From NCBI GenBank assembly GCA_001890965.1, contig MLAY01000008.1:488341-552340 (forward strand): 64,000 bases of DNA. The letters are read 5' to 3'. Every line of letters starts with the position of its first letter. Position 1 is the first letter of the stretch. The DNA comes from a marine bacterium AO1-C. GTDB taxonomy: Bacteria; Bacteroidota; Bacteroidia; Cytophagales; Microscillaceae. The position numbers and the translations under genes are program-made. Below, one piece after another: positions 1 to 10,257 of this stretch. Under the pieces are notes generated by a model. The model ran no database searches, was not told where the DNA came from, and was given only the letters and a program-made list of their open reading frames with translations.

Positions 1-744
1 GCTGGATTATTCATTGGTGGTATGTTACCATTCTTGTTCTCAGCAATGGCTATGCAAGCAGTAGGTAAAGCAGCAATGGCTATGATTGAAGAGGTTCGTC
101 GTCAATTCAACGATATTCCTGCCTTGAAAGCTGCCTTGAATGTAATGCGTAAGAATGAAGGTAAAGAAATGAAAGATTGGGATCAGAAAGATCGCGAAAC
201 TTTTGAAAAAGCAGATGGCGTAGCTGAATACGACAAGTGTGTAGCTATTTCTACTCAATCTTCAATTCGTCAAATGGTGCTACCTGGTATTGTAGCTATC
301 TTTGCTCCTATCGTGATTGGTTTTGGTGCCAAGGCAGCTGGTCAAGATCCACAAATGTTAGGTGGTTTGCTAGCAGGTGTAACCGTAGCCGGAGTATTGA
401 TGGCCATCTTCCAATCTAACGCTGGTGGTGCCTGGGATAATGCTAAGAAGATGTTTGAAGAAGGTGTACAAATTAAAGTACAAGGAAAAGATCAAACCTT
501 CTACAAGGGTTCTGATCCTCACAAAGCGGCTGTAGTTGGTGATACCGTGGGTGATCCTTTTAAAGATACTTCTGGTCCTTCATTGAACATTCTATTGAAG
601 TTGATGTCAGTAGTAGCATTGGTAATTGCTCCTTATTTGGCTACTAACTCAGTAAAGAAAACTGCTGAGGTAAAACCAGAAATCAAAAAGGAAATTACTT
701 TGTCAAAAGAGCAAGCAAAAAAATATACAATTGCTAAAAAATAG
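1..744 (+). CDS. hppA: V-type H+(or Na+)-translocating pyrophosphatase, C-terminal part (5' end lies outside the window)
   Basis: ORF runs from the window edge. It contains the membrane pyrophosphatase signature [24 protein letters not shown] and DNAKK, plus hydrophobic helices. The first Met of the tracked ORF is internal, not the true start. Confidence 0.85.
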   Translation, partial: AGLFIGGMLPFLFSAMAMQAVGKAAMAMIEEVRRQFNDIPALKAALNVMRKNEGKEMKDWDQKDRETFEKADGVAEYDKCVAISTQSSIRQMVLPGIVAIFAPIVIGFGAKAAGQDPQMLGGLLAGVTVAGVLMAIFQSNAGGAWDNAKKMFEEGVQIKVQGKDQTFYKGSDPHKAAVVGDTVGDPFKDTSGPSLNILLKLMSVVALVIAPYLATNSVKKTAEVKPEIKKEITLSKEQAKKYTIAKK

Positions 745-783
745 TAATAGGTATTTTTTAAACCATTTATAGATTTTCTTACA

Positions 784-815
784 AAAGCCTGAACTTTGTT
801 TCAGGCTTTTTTATT
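784..815 (+). terminator. Rho-independent terminator after hppA
   Basis: Hairpin aaagcctgaa-(ctttgtt)-ttcaggcttt followed by a T-run, about 40 bp after the stop codon. Confidence 0.6.
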
Positions 816-869
816 TTTAGGGCATCGTATTAATAGCATTTATAATTTCCACCTCCACATATTATCAAA

Positions 870-1835
870 ATGACACTGCTACTTTTTCAGGATACTACTA
901 AAGCTATTCAGGATACCACTCAGAAAGTTGCCCAAAAAGCCCAGGATGTCCTTGGGAAATCAAAAGACTTCTGGAATATTGAATTAATTCCAAGTAGTAA
1001 TCTTACAGTTGGTCGTATTTTGACCGATATCTTAGTATTGATTATCATCTATGCAAGTGCTCGCTTACTCATTTGGTTCTTGCAAAGGGTTATTACTCGC
1101 CGCCTTGCAAAAGTAAAAGCCATTGATCGAGGTAAGCAATTTGCCATTCTCCAGATTACCAAGTACGTTATTTATGTCATTGCCATTTCTATTATGCTCA
1201 ACCGAATGCATATTGGCTCAGCTTTACTGGCTGGATCAGCCGCATTGTTTGTGGGTATTGGTTTTGGTTTGCAGCAAATCGCCAATGACTTAATTTCTGG
1301 ATTAATTATTTTATTTGAAGGCAGGGTAAAAGTAGGTGATATGGTAGAAATGAATGCCACTGTGGGTCGTGTAACTTCTATTGGGGTAAGAACTTCCACG
1401 GTAGAAACTCGGGACTCAATAGAAATCATTGTACCTAACTCCAAGTTTATGTCCGATAATGTGATCAACTGGAGTAGTAACCGCAGCGTCACTACACGTT
1501 TTCAGATCGCGGTAGGTGTAGCTTATGGTTCTAATGTGGAGTTGGTTAAAGAAAAACTCATCGAGGCAGCCTATGCTCACGAAGATATCGTATCTAAACC
1601 CGAAAAACCTTACGTATTATTCAAAGATTTTGCGGATAATAGCCTCAATTTTGAATTGAATTTTTGGACTTCTAATACCTGGGATATTGAAATTGTACAA
1701 AGTGATTTACGCTTTACGATCGATAAGCTTTTCCGTGAAGTAGACATTACGATTGCTTTCCCTCAACGAGATATTCACCTTACCGTGGACGACAAGGATG
1801 TCACTAAATTGAAAAAGGTTTTCGTAGGGAAATAA
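870..1835 (+). CDS. Mechanosensitive ion channel, MscS family
   Basis: Transmembrane N-terminal region, then an MscS-like beta domain (LIILFEGRVKVGDMVEMNATVGRVTSIGVRTSTVETRDSIEIIVPNSKF...NWS). Confidence 0.8.
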   Translation: MTLLLFQDTTKAIQDTTQKVAQKAQDVLGKSKDFWNIELIPSSNLTVGRILTDILVLIIIYASARLLIWFLQRVITRRLAKVKAIDRGKQFAILQITKYVIYVIAISIMLNRMHIGSALLAGSAALFVGIGFGLQQIANDLISGLIILFEGRVKVGDMVEMNATVGRVTSIGVRTSTVETRDSIEIIVPNSKFMSDNVINWSSNRSVTTRFQIAVGVAYGSNVELVKEKLIEAAYAHEDIVSKPEKPYVLFKDFADNSLNFELNFWTSNTWDIEIVQSDLRFTIDKLFREVDITIAFPQRDIHLTVDDKDVTKLKKVFVGK

Positions 1836-2795
1836 CTACACCCACAACCCGCCAGGACGTGGTCGCTTAGACAACGTTTCAGCGTATTGTTCAAGTAATA
1901 AAGTTGGAGCATCTCCATCCGAAAAATTCATAAAAGGTTTTTGGGGTTGCTCCATAGATTCAAGCCGCTCAATGCGTTCCTTGGTATCAGGATGACTTCT
2001 AAATATAGAAGGTTCCACTACTCCACGATTAGGACGCATGATTTGATGTAACCAATTACCACTATAATATTCTACTTTTTCCAAAGCCTCAGCCAAACCT
2101 AAGGGATCATTGGTTAATAAAGCCGCGTGTAAGTCAGCATTAAACTCTCTGGTACGCGATAAAGCCAGTTGTAACAATCCTACCATTCTGGGAGCAAATA
2201 TCAGCAGCAAAATGGCAATCCAAGGCACTTGCATCCTTCCCATCAGGTATAATGGTAAACTCACCAATAACAATAACTTGCCTAAATTAGCCAACAAACT
2301 GGTTAAACGACTCATAATATCGGCAAAACTCATCACTCGCATATCATTATTGCTCACATGACTTACTTCATGTGCCAATACACCCGCCAACTCTCTCAAA
2401 TTTAGCTTATTAAGTATTCCATCAGTAATTGCAATATGTGCACTTTTGGGAGACCCTACAGCAAATGCATTCATTGTTTTACTCGGAATATAGTATAGTT
2501 TAGGCACCGAAGGTAAATCTGCCCTCTTGGTTAATAAACTCATCATATGATAGAGGTTTGGGGCATTTTGAGGGTTAATTGGATGCACCTTATACATTCT
2601 CAATATCAATTTTGGGGATATTCTAGGTGCTAAAAACATGAGTAATACTCCCAAAACAGCCGACGCAATGAGTCCAATATTACCTGCTAACAAAAAACCC
2701 AGCAATGCTACAATTGCAGTCATGCTGGCAAAAAGAATGATGGTATGTAGTTGGTTACGAAATTTATGTTTCTTAATGACTTCAGGTGCTAACAT
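1836..2795 (-). CDS. M48-family zinc metalloprotease (HtpX-like)
   Basis: HExxH motif (VLAHEVSHVSNND) between transmembrane helices, with the overall HtpX-like layout. Confidence 0.75.
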   Translation of the reverse strand: MLAPEVIKKHKFRNQLHTIILFASMTAIVALLGFLLAGNIGLIASAVLGVLLMFLAPRISPKLILRMYKVHPINPQNAPNLYHMMSLLTKRADLPSVPKLYYIPSKTMNAFAVGSPKSAHIAITDGILNKLNLRELAGVLAHEVSHVSNNDMRVMSFADIMSRLTSLLANLGKLLLLVSLPLYLMGRMQVPWIAILLLIFAPRMVGLLQLALSRTREFNADLHAALLTNDPLGLAEALEKVEYYSGNWLHQIMRPNRGVVEPSIFRSHPDTKERIERLESMEQPQKPFMNFSDGDAPTLLLEQYAETLSKRPRPGGLWV

Positions 2796-2937
2796 AGGTT
2801 CTTATATGGTTTAATGTACAACTTTTCTTAGGCTTGGTTGGTTTGAAAAAGCAGTTTACAGATCACTTTTATTAAGAATTAGTCTAAATAAAAATATTTT
2901 TGTAATTTTGTGCCGAATTCTAAAGATAAAATAAATT

Positions 2938-3429
2938 ATGGTTCCGTCCCCGGCAAAACATCAAGAAGAAGTAAAAAAAGTATTTACCGATTTTCTCGAG
3001 CAAAAGAAAATGCGCAAAACTCAAGAAAGGTTTGCCATTTTAGAAGAAATCTACAACATAGAGCACTTTGATGCTTACTCGCTATTTGTGAATATGAAAG
3101 AGAAAAACTATCGAGTAAGCAGGGCCACAGTTTATAATACTTTGGAGCTATTAATTGAATGTGGTTTGGTAAAGCGTCATCATTTTGGAGCAAACTTCTC
3201 TGTATACGAAAAGGCTTACCATTACCGCCAGCACGACCACTTGGTGTGTATGGAATGCCAAAAAATCTATGAATTTTGCGACCCCAGAATTCAAAATATT
3301 CAAGAATTGGTAGAGAGTATGTACAAATTTGATGTGGAATACCACGCATTGGTTTTTAGGGGAATTTGTCAGGCTTGTGAACAAAAGAAGCAAAACAATG
3401 CTGCCCCTCTATCAACTTCTACCAAATAG
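2938..3429 (+). CDS. Fur-family metalloregulator (Fur/Zur/PerR type)
   Basis: Winged-helix region ([17 protein letters not shown]), an HHF...H motif and a C-terminal CxxC...CxxC metal site (CMECQ...CQAC). Confidence 0.8.
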   Translation: MVPSPAKHQEEVKKVFTDFLEQKKMRKTQERFAILEEIYNIEHFDAYSLFVNMKEKNYRVSRATVYNTLELLIECGLVKRHHFGANFSVYEKAYHYRQHDHLVCMECQKIYEFCDPRIQNIQELVESMYKFDVEYHALVFRGICQACEQKKQNNAAPLSTSTK

Positions 3430-3436
3430 CATGCGC

Positions 3437-3922
3437 TTATACCTTTTCTAATTGTAACGCTTTTCTCACCAGAGCAATTTGGCCTGAATGATAAATATCA
3501 TGTTCGATAATACCATGTAGAAGTGTATAGAAGTTGTACTCCTTGCCTGGAACCAATTCGTCTAGTTGAGCATCTTCCCAACTTTCCAAAATCTCTAGAA
3601 TTACTTGTTGGTTTGCTACCAGCTCTGACAAAACACTTTGCCAACGAGCTTCTATTGGTGCCTGGGTAGGCGTCCAGTCTTCAGTAGAGTTTATTTCAAT
3701 ATCAAATGCAGCATCACCTTCTAGTTTTCTCACTACAAACTCACGCCAGCTCAAAATATGCTGAATTAACTCCCAAATAGAATGTGCATGTGGTATGGGA
3801 CGTTGGTTGGCCTGTTGATAATCTATGCCTTTTACTAAATTTAGAAGTGAGTTCCCGTGCCAGGGAGAACCATTATAGGCTATTTTGAGTGAAAAGCGAA
3901 TACGTTGAATTTCTTTGTTCAT
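3437..3922 (-). CDS. DinB/YfiT-like (DinB_2) metal-dependent protein
   Basis: About 160 aa with a His-containing helical-bundle pattern (HILSW...DIYHSGQIALVRK) typical of the DinB superfamily. Convergent with the Fur-family gene. Confidence 0.55.
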   Translation of the reverse strand: MNKEIQRIRFSLKIAYNGSPWHGNSLLNLVKGIDYQQANQRPIPHAHSIWELIQHILSWREFVVRKLEGDAAFDIEINSTEDWTPTQAPIEARWQSVLSELVANQQVILEILESWEDAQLDELVPGKEYNFYTLLHGIIEHDIYHSGQIALVRKALQLEKV

Positions 3923-4128
3923 GTGTGGGATATTAGAGATTATTAAGCACCTTTTAATTGGTATTATTCATTTTTTAATACCTTGCTTTTAAACATTACA
4001 AGCGTGTGTGAAGTTCACAAAATAACATACGAATAAGTAGTAAAATTGATTTGTTTCCACAAGGCAATTGTTCCTTACACAAATCAACCCTATAATGATA
4101 GTACCAACCCAATTTAACCAATTATAAT

Positions 4129-5133
4129 ATGGCAAATATGCAAGCACTTGTGCTGGTAGAAAACGAAAAAATAGAAATCCAAACTGTACCTGTACCTGAA
4201 CTTAAGCCTGGCGAAGCATTGGTAAAAATGCAAGCAGCATCCTTGAATCACCGTGACCAATGGAGTAGAATAGGCATGTATCCAGGCCTTAAATACCCCT
4301 CTATTCTAGGCTCAGATGGTTGTGGCATTGTCGAGAAAGTACACGATGATGCAGACCAGAGCTGGGTAGGAAAGTCGGTCATTATGAATCCAAACGTAAA
4401 TTGGGGCGATGATCCTCGCTTTCAATCATTTAACTACTCTATTTTGGGTATGCCTACGGATGGTACTTTAGCCGAGTATCTGGCAGTTCCTGTACATCGT
4501 TTACACGAAAAACCAGCCCACCTTACGCCTCACCAAGCTGCAGCATTACCTTTAGCGGCATTAACTGCCTATCGGGCAATATTTACCAAAGCCGAAACTA
4601 CCAAAGATTCCAAGGTATTAGTCACTGGTATTGGTGGAGGGGTTTCTCAGTTTGCTTTTCAATTTGCCAAAGCCTTGGGGTGCAAAGTGTTTGTAACTTC
4701 TGGAAGCGATGAAAAACTTGCCAAGATGAAAGAAGTAGGAGCAGATGGTACTGCTAATTATAAGGCAGAAAAATGGGAGAAAGACTTGGTAAAACAAGCC
4801 TCGGGACATTTTGATGTAATCATTGATAGTGGAGGAGGCCCTGGATTTACGGCTTTGGTAAAGTCACTCAACCGCGCCGGAACATTAGTTGTCTATGGAG
4901 GAACCGCAGGTACTACGGTCAATATCAAACTCCCTTATTTTTGGTTTGCTCAGGCCAATATCAAAGGTACTACTATGGGGAATGACCAGGAGTTTGCAGA
5001 AATGGTAAAGTTTGTAAGCGAACACAAAATTGAGCCGATGATTAGCTCTACTCGCTCACTGGCAGAGGTGGTTTCCGCATTTGACGAAATGCACGAAGGC
5101 AAGCAATTTGGTAAGTTGATCATTGAGATTTAA
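4129..5133 (+). CDS. Zinc-binding alcohol dehydrogenase / quinone oxidoreductase (MDR superfamily)
   Basis: GroES-like N-terminal domain, then a Rossmann motif VLVTGIGGGVSQFAFQFAKALGCKV. Confidence 0.8.
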   Translation: MANMQALVLVENEKIEIQTVPVPELKPGEALVKMQAASLNHRDQWSRIGMYPGLKYPSILGSDGCGIVEKVHDDADQSWVGKSVIMNPNVNWGDDPRFQSFNYSILGMPTDGTLAEYLAVPVHRLHEKPAHLTPHQAAALPLAALTAYRAIFTKAETTKDSKVLVTGIGGGVSQFAFQFAKALGCKVFVTSGSDEKLAKMKEVGADGTANYKAEKWEKDLVKQASGHFDVIIDSGGGPGFTALVKSLNRAGTLVVYGGTAGTTVNIKLPYFWFAQANIKGTTMGNDQEFAEMVKFVSEHKIEPMISSTRSLAEVVSAFDEMHEGKQFGKLIIEI

Positions 5134-5154
5134 TCTCAGCCTACTTATACAAAG

Positions 5155-5195
5155 AAACCCTATGAAGCAATTAGCTGCATAGGGTTTTAGTTTTT
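5155..5195. terminator. Bidirectional hairpin terminator between convergent genes
   Basis: aaccctatg-(13 nt loop)-catagggtt followed by a T-run. Sits between the 4129..5133 (+) and 5210..5530 (-) genes. Confidence 0.5.
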
Positions 5196-5209
5196 ATAGC
5201 AAATAGATT

Positions 5210-5530
5210 TTAAGGAAAATCAAAATCTACGGTCATATCTACTTCATATTCAAGTGCTTCCATTTCTTCTGCCAATGTTTTCTTTTTTTCAGGAGCAGTA
5301 GCCTCAATTGGTTGAGGTTTGGGAGGTGCTATTATTTTTGGAGATACCTTTACTGGCTCCAAAGTATTGATATTGGCTTCGTTCACTTCTAAATCAATTC
5401 TTGATACATCATCATAAGTTGTCCACTCAAAAGCCGCAATCACCCAAAACAAGGTTATCACCAGGCCAATATTGAAATATAAACCACTCTTGCGATGAAT
5501 ATCTACTCTAGGATTTTTCTTGAGTTCCAT
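5210..5530 (-). CDS. Hypothetical small membrane protein resembling the N-terminus of TonB, lacking the TonB C-terminal domain
   Basis: N-terminus MELKKNPRVDIHRKSGLYFNIGLVITL is typical of Bacteroidetes TonB starts. A Pro/Lys-rich linker follows, but there is no C-terminal TonB domain. Confidence 0.35.
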   Translation of the reverse strand: MELKKNPRVDIHRKSGLYFNIGLVITLFWVIAAFEWTTYDDVSRIDLEVNEANINTLEPVKVSPKIIAPPKPQPIEATAPEKKKTLAEEMEALEYEVDMTVDFDFP

Positions 5531-5569
5531 AATCTAATTTTTTTAAAGTTCCGCCTATTATCAATTGAT

Positions 5570-6799
5570 TTACTTTTTAGCTTGAGCTTGTTTCTTGGCC
5601 TTATTTACAGAAAACAACACAGGAATGGTAAGTTTTTGTCCAATGTGGGTACCTTCCATTTTAGCGGGTAACCAATTTACATTTACCGCTTTAATTGCCC
5701 GGATTGCCTCTTTGTCACAAGCTTCATCCAATCCCTTTAAAATTTTAAATTGAGTAAGAGACCCATCTGCTTTAATTTTAAAGTTTACGAATACACGTCC
5801 TTCAATGCCCTTACGTTGTGATTCGATTGGATAGCGAAGTTCTTTTGATAACTTTTTATAAAACAATCCTAACCCTCCTTCTATGCCAGCAAAACGATAG
5901 CTGCTATCGCTTTGTTTAACCGAAACTACTTTGGGTGAGCTATTAGAAAAAGCAAACAACATCATAGCCATTAGAGGTAGTAACAAGAAGATTTTCAAGA
6001 ACTTGTACCCAGGGCTACGCAGTTTTTCCATCATTGCCAAACGCTTCTTAATTTCTATTTGGTTAAAGTTATGGGTAAGCTGTAAATTCATTTGCTTAAA
6101 CAATGACTGTACTAGCAGCTTTCCATAATCCTTGGCAGAGGTTTCTTTCAAAACAGCCGCATCGGCAATAAACTCATGATGATATTTTAATGAACGATCA
6201 TATAAATAGATGATCGGATTGAACCACAATATAATTTTAATCACCTCCATATACATTACATCCCAACTATGAAAATCACGAATGTGGGTCAATTCATGGT
6301 TTATAATTTTAGTACGCTCATTGGGAGTAAGCTCTTTGGTGTTGTCCCAAAACAGGTAACGCATAAATGAGAAGGTGGGGAGGTTGCCTTGAGTATTGAT
6401 AAGCTTATAATCCAGACGAGTTTGTACATCACTATTGCGAATTATACGGATAAGCCTCATCATACGCCACGCAAAGCGAGCTATCATCAACAATGCCATT
6501 ACTATGTATACGATCAACAGCACAGTACCCATACTCCAGGTATTAGTTACTGTGGTTTCAAGAGTTTGCTCAACATTGGTGGCTCCTACTGATATAGTTT
6601 CCAACGTTACAGCAATCGTTTTGTCAGAAGTTGTGGGTGTGAGGTTAAACTCAAGCAAGGGAATCGTTATTGCCAAAAAAGATGACAACAATAAGTAAAA
6701 GCGATTCCGTTGAAAAAACGTATCATTTCTTAGAAAGAAAAAATACACTAAGTAAAATAAAATAAGACAAACCGACGACTCTATTAGATAATTGAACAT
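5570..6799 (-). CDS. BlaR1-like M56 peptidase fused to a TonB C-terminal domain (signal transducer)
   Basis: HExxH within HELTHIRDFHSWD (M56 signature), multiple transmembrane helices, and a C-terminal TonB-C-like domain (GIEGRVFVNFKIKADGSL...). Lies immediately downstream of the blaI-like gene. Confidence 0.8.
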   Translation of the reverse strand: MFNYLIESSVCLILFYLVYFFFLRNDTFFQRNRFYLLLSSFLAITIPLLEFNLTPTTSDKTIAVTLETISVGATNVEQTLETTVTNTWSMGTVLLIVYIVMALLMIARFAWRMMRLIRIIRNSDVQTRLDYKLINTQGNLPTFSFMRYLFWDNTKELTPNERTKIINHELTHIRDFHSWDVMYMEVIKIILWFNPIIYLYDRSLKYHHEFIADAAVLKETSAKDYGKLLVQSLFKQMNLQLTHNFNQIEIKKRLAMMEKLRSPGYKFLKIFLLLPLMAMMLFAFSNSSPKVVSVKQSDSSYRFAGIEGGLGLFYKKLSKELRYPIESQRKGIEGRVFVNFKIKADGSLTQFKILKGLDEACDKEAIRAIKAVNVNWLPAKMEGTHIGQKLTIPVLFSVNKAKKQAQAKK

Positions 6800-6980
6800 G
6801 GGTATGAAGTTAGTATAGAATATATTGTTTTGTTCACTTGATTAACCAAATTTTTATATAGCATTACGACTGGTTAACGCCTAATTATACATTACTCTTT
6901 CTTATCTCCCTGTACTATGAAAAGAGTAATACCTTACCTGAAAACCTAATTTTAAATCTATTTACCCAATATGGGATTCT

Positions 6981-7403
6981 TTATTTATTTTTCTGCTCAG
7001 AATTTTTTGCTTCTTGTTCCTCAGCATACTTCATTAATTCTTCAAAGTTATCCAAATCAATATTGTTTTGCTTCACAAAGAAAGACACCATTTTCTCAAA
7101 TGACCCCCCAAAATATCTTCCAATAAAACTATTTAAATAAAAATTACTGTAGTTACTTTTATCTACCAAAGGAAAATATTCGTGGGTTTTACCATAAGCC
7201 TTGTGCCCTACAAACTTTTTTTCTTCCAGAATTCTTACAATAGTAGACACAGTGTTATAAGCGAATGGCTTACCGTCGGGTTTTAGAGGTAATTCTTTGA
7301 TAACATCTTTCACAAAAGCCTTTTTAAGTTTCCATAACACTTGCATGACTTGTTCTTCGGCTTTTGTAAGCTCCTTCATTTGTTTCTGATCTTTTGTTTT
7401 CAT
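6981..7403 (-). CDS. BlaI/MecI/CopY-family transcriptional repressor
   Basis: N-terminal winged helix (EEQVMQVLWKL...FVKDVIKEL...YNTVSTIVRILEEKKFV) with a BlaI-like dimerisation tail. Confidence 0.85.
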   Translation of the reverse strand: MKTKDQKQMKELTKAEEQVMQVLWKLKKAFVKDVIKELPLKPDGKPFAYNTVSTIVRILEEKKFVGHKAYGKTHEYFPLVDKSNYSNFYLNSFIGRYFGGSFEKMVSFFVKQNNIDLDNFEELMKYAEEQEAKNSEQKNK

Positions 7404-7440
7404 CGTTTTTTGCGCAAAATTTTGAATAGGTGTAAATATA

Positions 7441-7486
7441 AAACTAAATAAATAGTTTTCAAACTAGCGGATTAGTTTATTAACTA
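7441..7486. promoter_or_regulatory. Operator-like array of alternating AAACTA/TAGTTT inverted repeats upstream of the blaI-like gene
   Basis: AAACTA(7441-7446) n6 TAGTTT(7453-7458) tc AAACTA(7461-7466) gcggat TAGTTT(7473-7478) att AACTA(7482-7486). This gives two 6-6-6 palindromes plus a 6-2-6 junction, 40-85 bp upstream of the repressor start. Confidence 0.4.
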
Positions 7487-7722
7487 AAAAAATAAATATA
7501 TGCATTTTTAGCACAAAAAAATATTGCTTATCACGCTTTTACCTATACGAAAATTCCAGTTTGATAGTTTTTACAAGCATAATGCTTGGCAAAAGCATTC
7601 AGAAACTACAAAAAGATTTCCCTTACTCCCCTTGTGAGCTTTGTTTAAAAGACAATTGTAATCCAATAAAGGTGGTAGATCATACCAAAAAAAACCGTCA
7701 TAAAATTTACTAAATTTGCAGC

Positions 7723-8766
7723 ATGCAAAAGAAAACCGAGCAACAAAGAACCGAGTTAAAGGATTTAGGTGAATTTGGGTTGATTCGCCGTATTCAACAG
7801 CAATTTGCTCCCAAGCATTCAGAAAGCGTGCTAGGCATAGGAGATGATGCTGCGGTTATAGATACAGGGGGCGAAAACTACACTTTAGTATCTACTGATA
7901 TGTTGGTAGAGGGCATCCATTTTGATTTGAGCTATGTGCCTCTCAAACATTTGGGATACAAAGCAGTAGCAGTAAATGTATCTGACATTGCCGCCATGAA
8001 TGGCACACCTAAGCAGTTTACAGTAAGCCTGGGGCTCAGCAATCGCTTTCCATTAGAAGCAATAGATGAGTTATATGCAGGTATCAAGCATGCCTGTAGT
8101 AATTATAACATAGATTTGGTAGGAGGAGATACTACCTCTACTCGCGCTGGGTTGGTAATATCCATTACTGCCATAGGAGAAGTAAAAAAAGATCAAATTG
8201 TATATCGTAAGGGATGCCAAGAAAACGAATTGATCTGTGTAAGTGGCGATTTGGGGGGTGCTTATATGGGATTGCAAGTACTGGAAAGAGAAAAGCAAGT
8301 CTTTATGGCCAATCCTGATATGCAACCTGAGCTGGATGGCAAAGATTATATTGTACGTCGTCAGCTCAAGCCTGAAGCCCGCACCGACATGGTTTATGAG
8401 TTGAGAGAATTGGGCGTGGTACCTACTTCTATGATAGATATTTCGGATGGTTTGGCTTCTGAGCTAATGCATCTTTGTTCACAGTCAGAAGTTGGTGCAA
8501 TCTTATATGAAGAGCATCTACCGATTGCAAAAGTGACTTATGATACTTCGGTAGAACTTAATATTGACCCTACTACTTCGATGTTGAATGGTGGGGAAGA
8601 TTATGAATTGCTCTTTACTGTCAAGCAAGAAGACTATGATAAGATCAAGCAAAATGCCGAAATCATTGAAATAGGCTATGTATTACCCAAAGAAAAAGGA
8701 GTAGTACTAAAAACCAAAGGGGAGCAAATTGTCCCAATTACGGCTCAGGGTTGGAAACATTTTTAA
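7723..8766 (+). CDS. thiL: Thiamine-monophosphate kinase
   Basis: AIRS/PurM-like fold with ThiL N-terminal motifs (GEFGLIRRI...GIGDDAAV...TDMLVEGIHF...AVAVNVSDIAAMNG). Confidence 0.8.
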   Translation: MQKKTEQQRTELKDLGEFGLIRRIQQQFAPKHSESVLGIGDDAAVIDTGGENYTLVSTDMLVEGIHFDLSYVPLKHLGYKAVAVNVSDIAAMNGTPKQFTVSLGLSNRFPLEAIDELYAGIKHACSNYNIDLVGGDTTSTRAGLVISITAIGEVKKDQIVYRKGCQENELICVSGDLGGAYMGLQVLEREKQVFMANPDMQPELDGKDYIVRRQLKPEARTDMVYELRELGVVPTSMIDISDGLASELMHLCSQSEVGAILYEEHLPIAKVTYDTSVELNIDPTTSMLNGGEDYELLFTVKQEDYDKIKQNAEIIEIGYVLPKEKGVVLKTKGEQIVPITAQGWKHF

Positions 8767-8865
8767 TATTAATTAAATATTAACTTAATGTAACCTGGGT
8801 ATTAAATAGGCGTAAAACATTATGAGAATCTATGTAGCATTCTCATTTCATTAAAAGTTTTAATA

Positions 8866-8903
8866 GGCCAGACTAGAGTTTTTAACACTAGCCTGGCTTT
8901 TTT
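8866..8903. terminator. Hairpin plus T-run between convergent genes
   Basis: ggccagactag-(loop)-ctagcctggc followed by ttttttg. A second perfect 8-bp hairpin, atgagaat-(9 nt)-attctcat, lies at 8822-8846. Confidence 0.5.
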
Positions 8904-8930
8904 GTATTCATAAGTCCGTTATTCATTCCT

Positions 8931-9863
8931 TTATTTCACTTTTTTAGCATATCGCTTTAGTTGTTTCTTGCCAATTTTATGAAACTGACGAAACTTGATA
9001 CCATTCAAGCCAGCAATACTAAAAGCTCTAGGGGCTACATACAAGTATATCTTGCCATCCTTGGTACTTGAAATAAACTGTATATGCATAGCGCCTCTAC
9101 CAGATTCTATGCTTGCTATATGGATAAAAGCATATTGGTCACTTCTGGTTTTTAGTGCTTCATCAATCATAGGAGCATCGGCAAGTTTATAAGGAAAAGG
9201 ATAATAATCCTTGATTTTGGCGATATCCAGCTTTTTAGAGAGTAATTCCTTATCTATCAATAGTGTTTTATTTTTTAGTTCAGGTCCATTCTTTGGCGCT
9301 TGTCTGCGATAAAAAGTGGCCAAGCTTCTATGCTTAGGATTCTCTACTAAATAATTCAATAGATACTGTAGTTGCATCAATCCATAAATGGTATTTCTTT
9401 CTAAAGAGTAATTGGCAGAAAGGTTCGTTTTTATCAATGATTTTCTACCATTTAGGGTAATCATCAAAGTAGCAATGGTATTGGCCACATAAGGATCTCT
9501 TGTATACTTGCTACGCATGAGTTTGCTTCTTTCATTGTAGAGCGGATTACGGGTTTTTCTGATTGCCCATTCGGTAAACACACTGTAAGTCAATAAAGCG
9601 TACTTTGCTTTATCCTTTTTCATCATCCCCTTCACCTTCGCTGCAGGTACATATTCTATGCTTTCATTAAAAGTCCAGTATTTTTTGACCAATTGCTGAA
9701 ACATCTCACTGTTTTTCTTACCCTTTCCTTTGACTATAGGGATTAATAAAACTCTCCTCTTAATGTCCAATGCCTCCTTGCGTGAAGTATTAGCTGATTG
9801 CCCGTAAGCAAAGCTGCTCAAAAAGATAAGTAGCACTGGCACACTAAATTTTAATTTGATCAT
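8931..9863 (-). CDS. Hypothetical secreted protein (signal peptide), no recognised domain
   Basis: The tracked ORF begins at a TTG. The ATG at 9863 gives MIKLKFSVPVLLIFLSSFAYGQ, a signal peptide. The gene is preceded by regulatory element copy A. Confidence 0.5.
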   Translation of the reverse strand: MIKLKFSVPVLLIFLSSFAYGQSANTSRKEALDIKRRVLLIPIVKGKGKKNSEMFQQLVKKYWTFNESIEYVPAAKVKGMMKKDKAKYALLTYSVFTEWAIRKTRNPLYNERSKLMRSKYTRDPYVANTIATLMITLNGRKSLIKTNLSANYSLERNTIYGLMQLQYLLNYLVENPKHRSLATFYRRQAPKNGPELKNKTLLIDKELLSKKLDIAKIKDYYPFPYKLADAPMIDEALKTRSDQYAFIHIASIESGRGAMHIQFISSTKDGKIYLYVAPRAFSIAGLNGIKFRQFHKIGKKQLKRYAKKVK

Positions 9864-9973
9864 GATTGTCTTGAATAAATTATTTGAAATTCTCAAAGTA
9901 TCATTACAGATTTCAATAAATTATACCTGTAATAACAGATTATTTGATAGTAAAGAAAAGGGAATATGTTGAA

Positions 9974-10050
9974 AGGGCGTTGGACATATTGTGCAAATAC
10001 TTGGGCATATCATTCACCCAACATAAGTCACTCATAATCAAATACTTGCC
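9974..10050 (-). promoter_or_regulatory. Conserved ~77-bp element, copy A, with two TTGG(A/G)CATAT direct repeats 21 bp apart
   Basis: Aligns at about 80% identity with copy B (10839-10914). Half-sites sit at 9980-9989 and 10001-10010. On the minus strand it lies about 110 bp upstream of the 8931..9863 gene. Confidence 0.5.
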
Positions 10051-10257
10051 AATAATAAGTAGGTAAACAGGCAGCAAATTTTAAAAAAGCATTGCTCAGT
10101 TTGATCTATGACTATACAAGGTAACAGCAATGCTTTTTTTTATCTATGAATTAATTAATAGGGAAATCATTTTTATTGAAATACTATCATTGACCACTTA
10201 TTTATGACTTCCCTTATTTTGATAATCGTTGACCACAAACTTTCCTATTGGATAGGA

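Noticed and set aside
2796-2937. Fur box upstream of the Fur-family gene.
   Set aside because: I could not find a convincing GATAATGATAATCATTATC-like 19-mer by eye.
5210-5530. Calling this ORF a functional TonB.
   Set aside because: Only the N-terminal transmembrane and Pro-rich part is present. There is no TonB C-terminal domain, so it is kept as a hypothetical TonB-N-like fragment.
8931-9896. Longer N-terminal extensions given by the six-frame ORF track, for example at 8931..9896, 14211..15263, 20052..21059, 29754..30680 and 50980..51669.
   Set aside because: The extensions begin at non-ATG codons or precede a better internal ATG that yields a signal peptide or conserved N-terminus. Starts were moved to 9863, 15182, 20106, 30635 and 51112.
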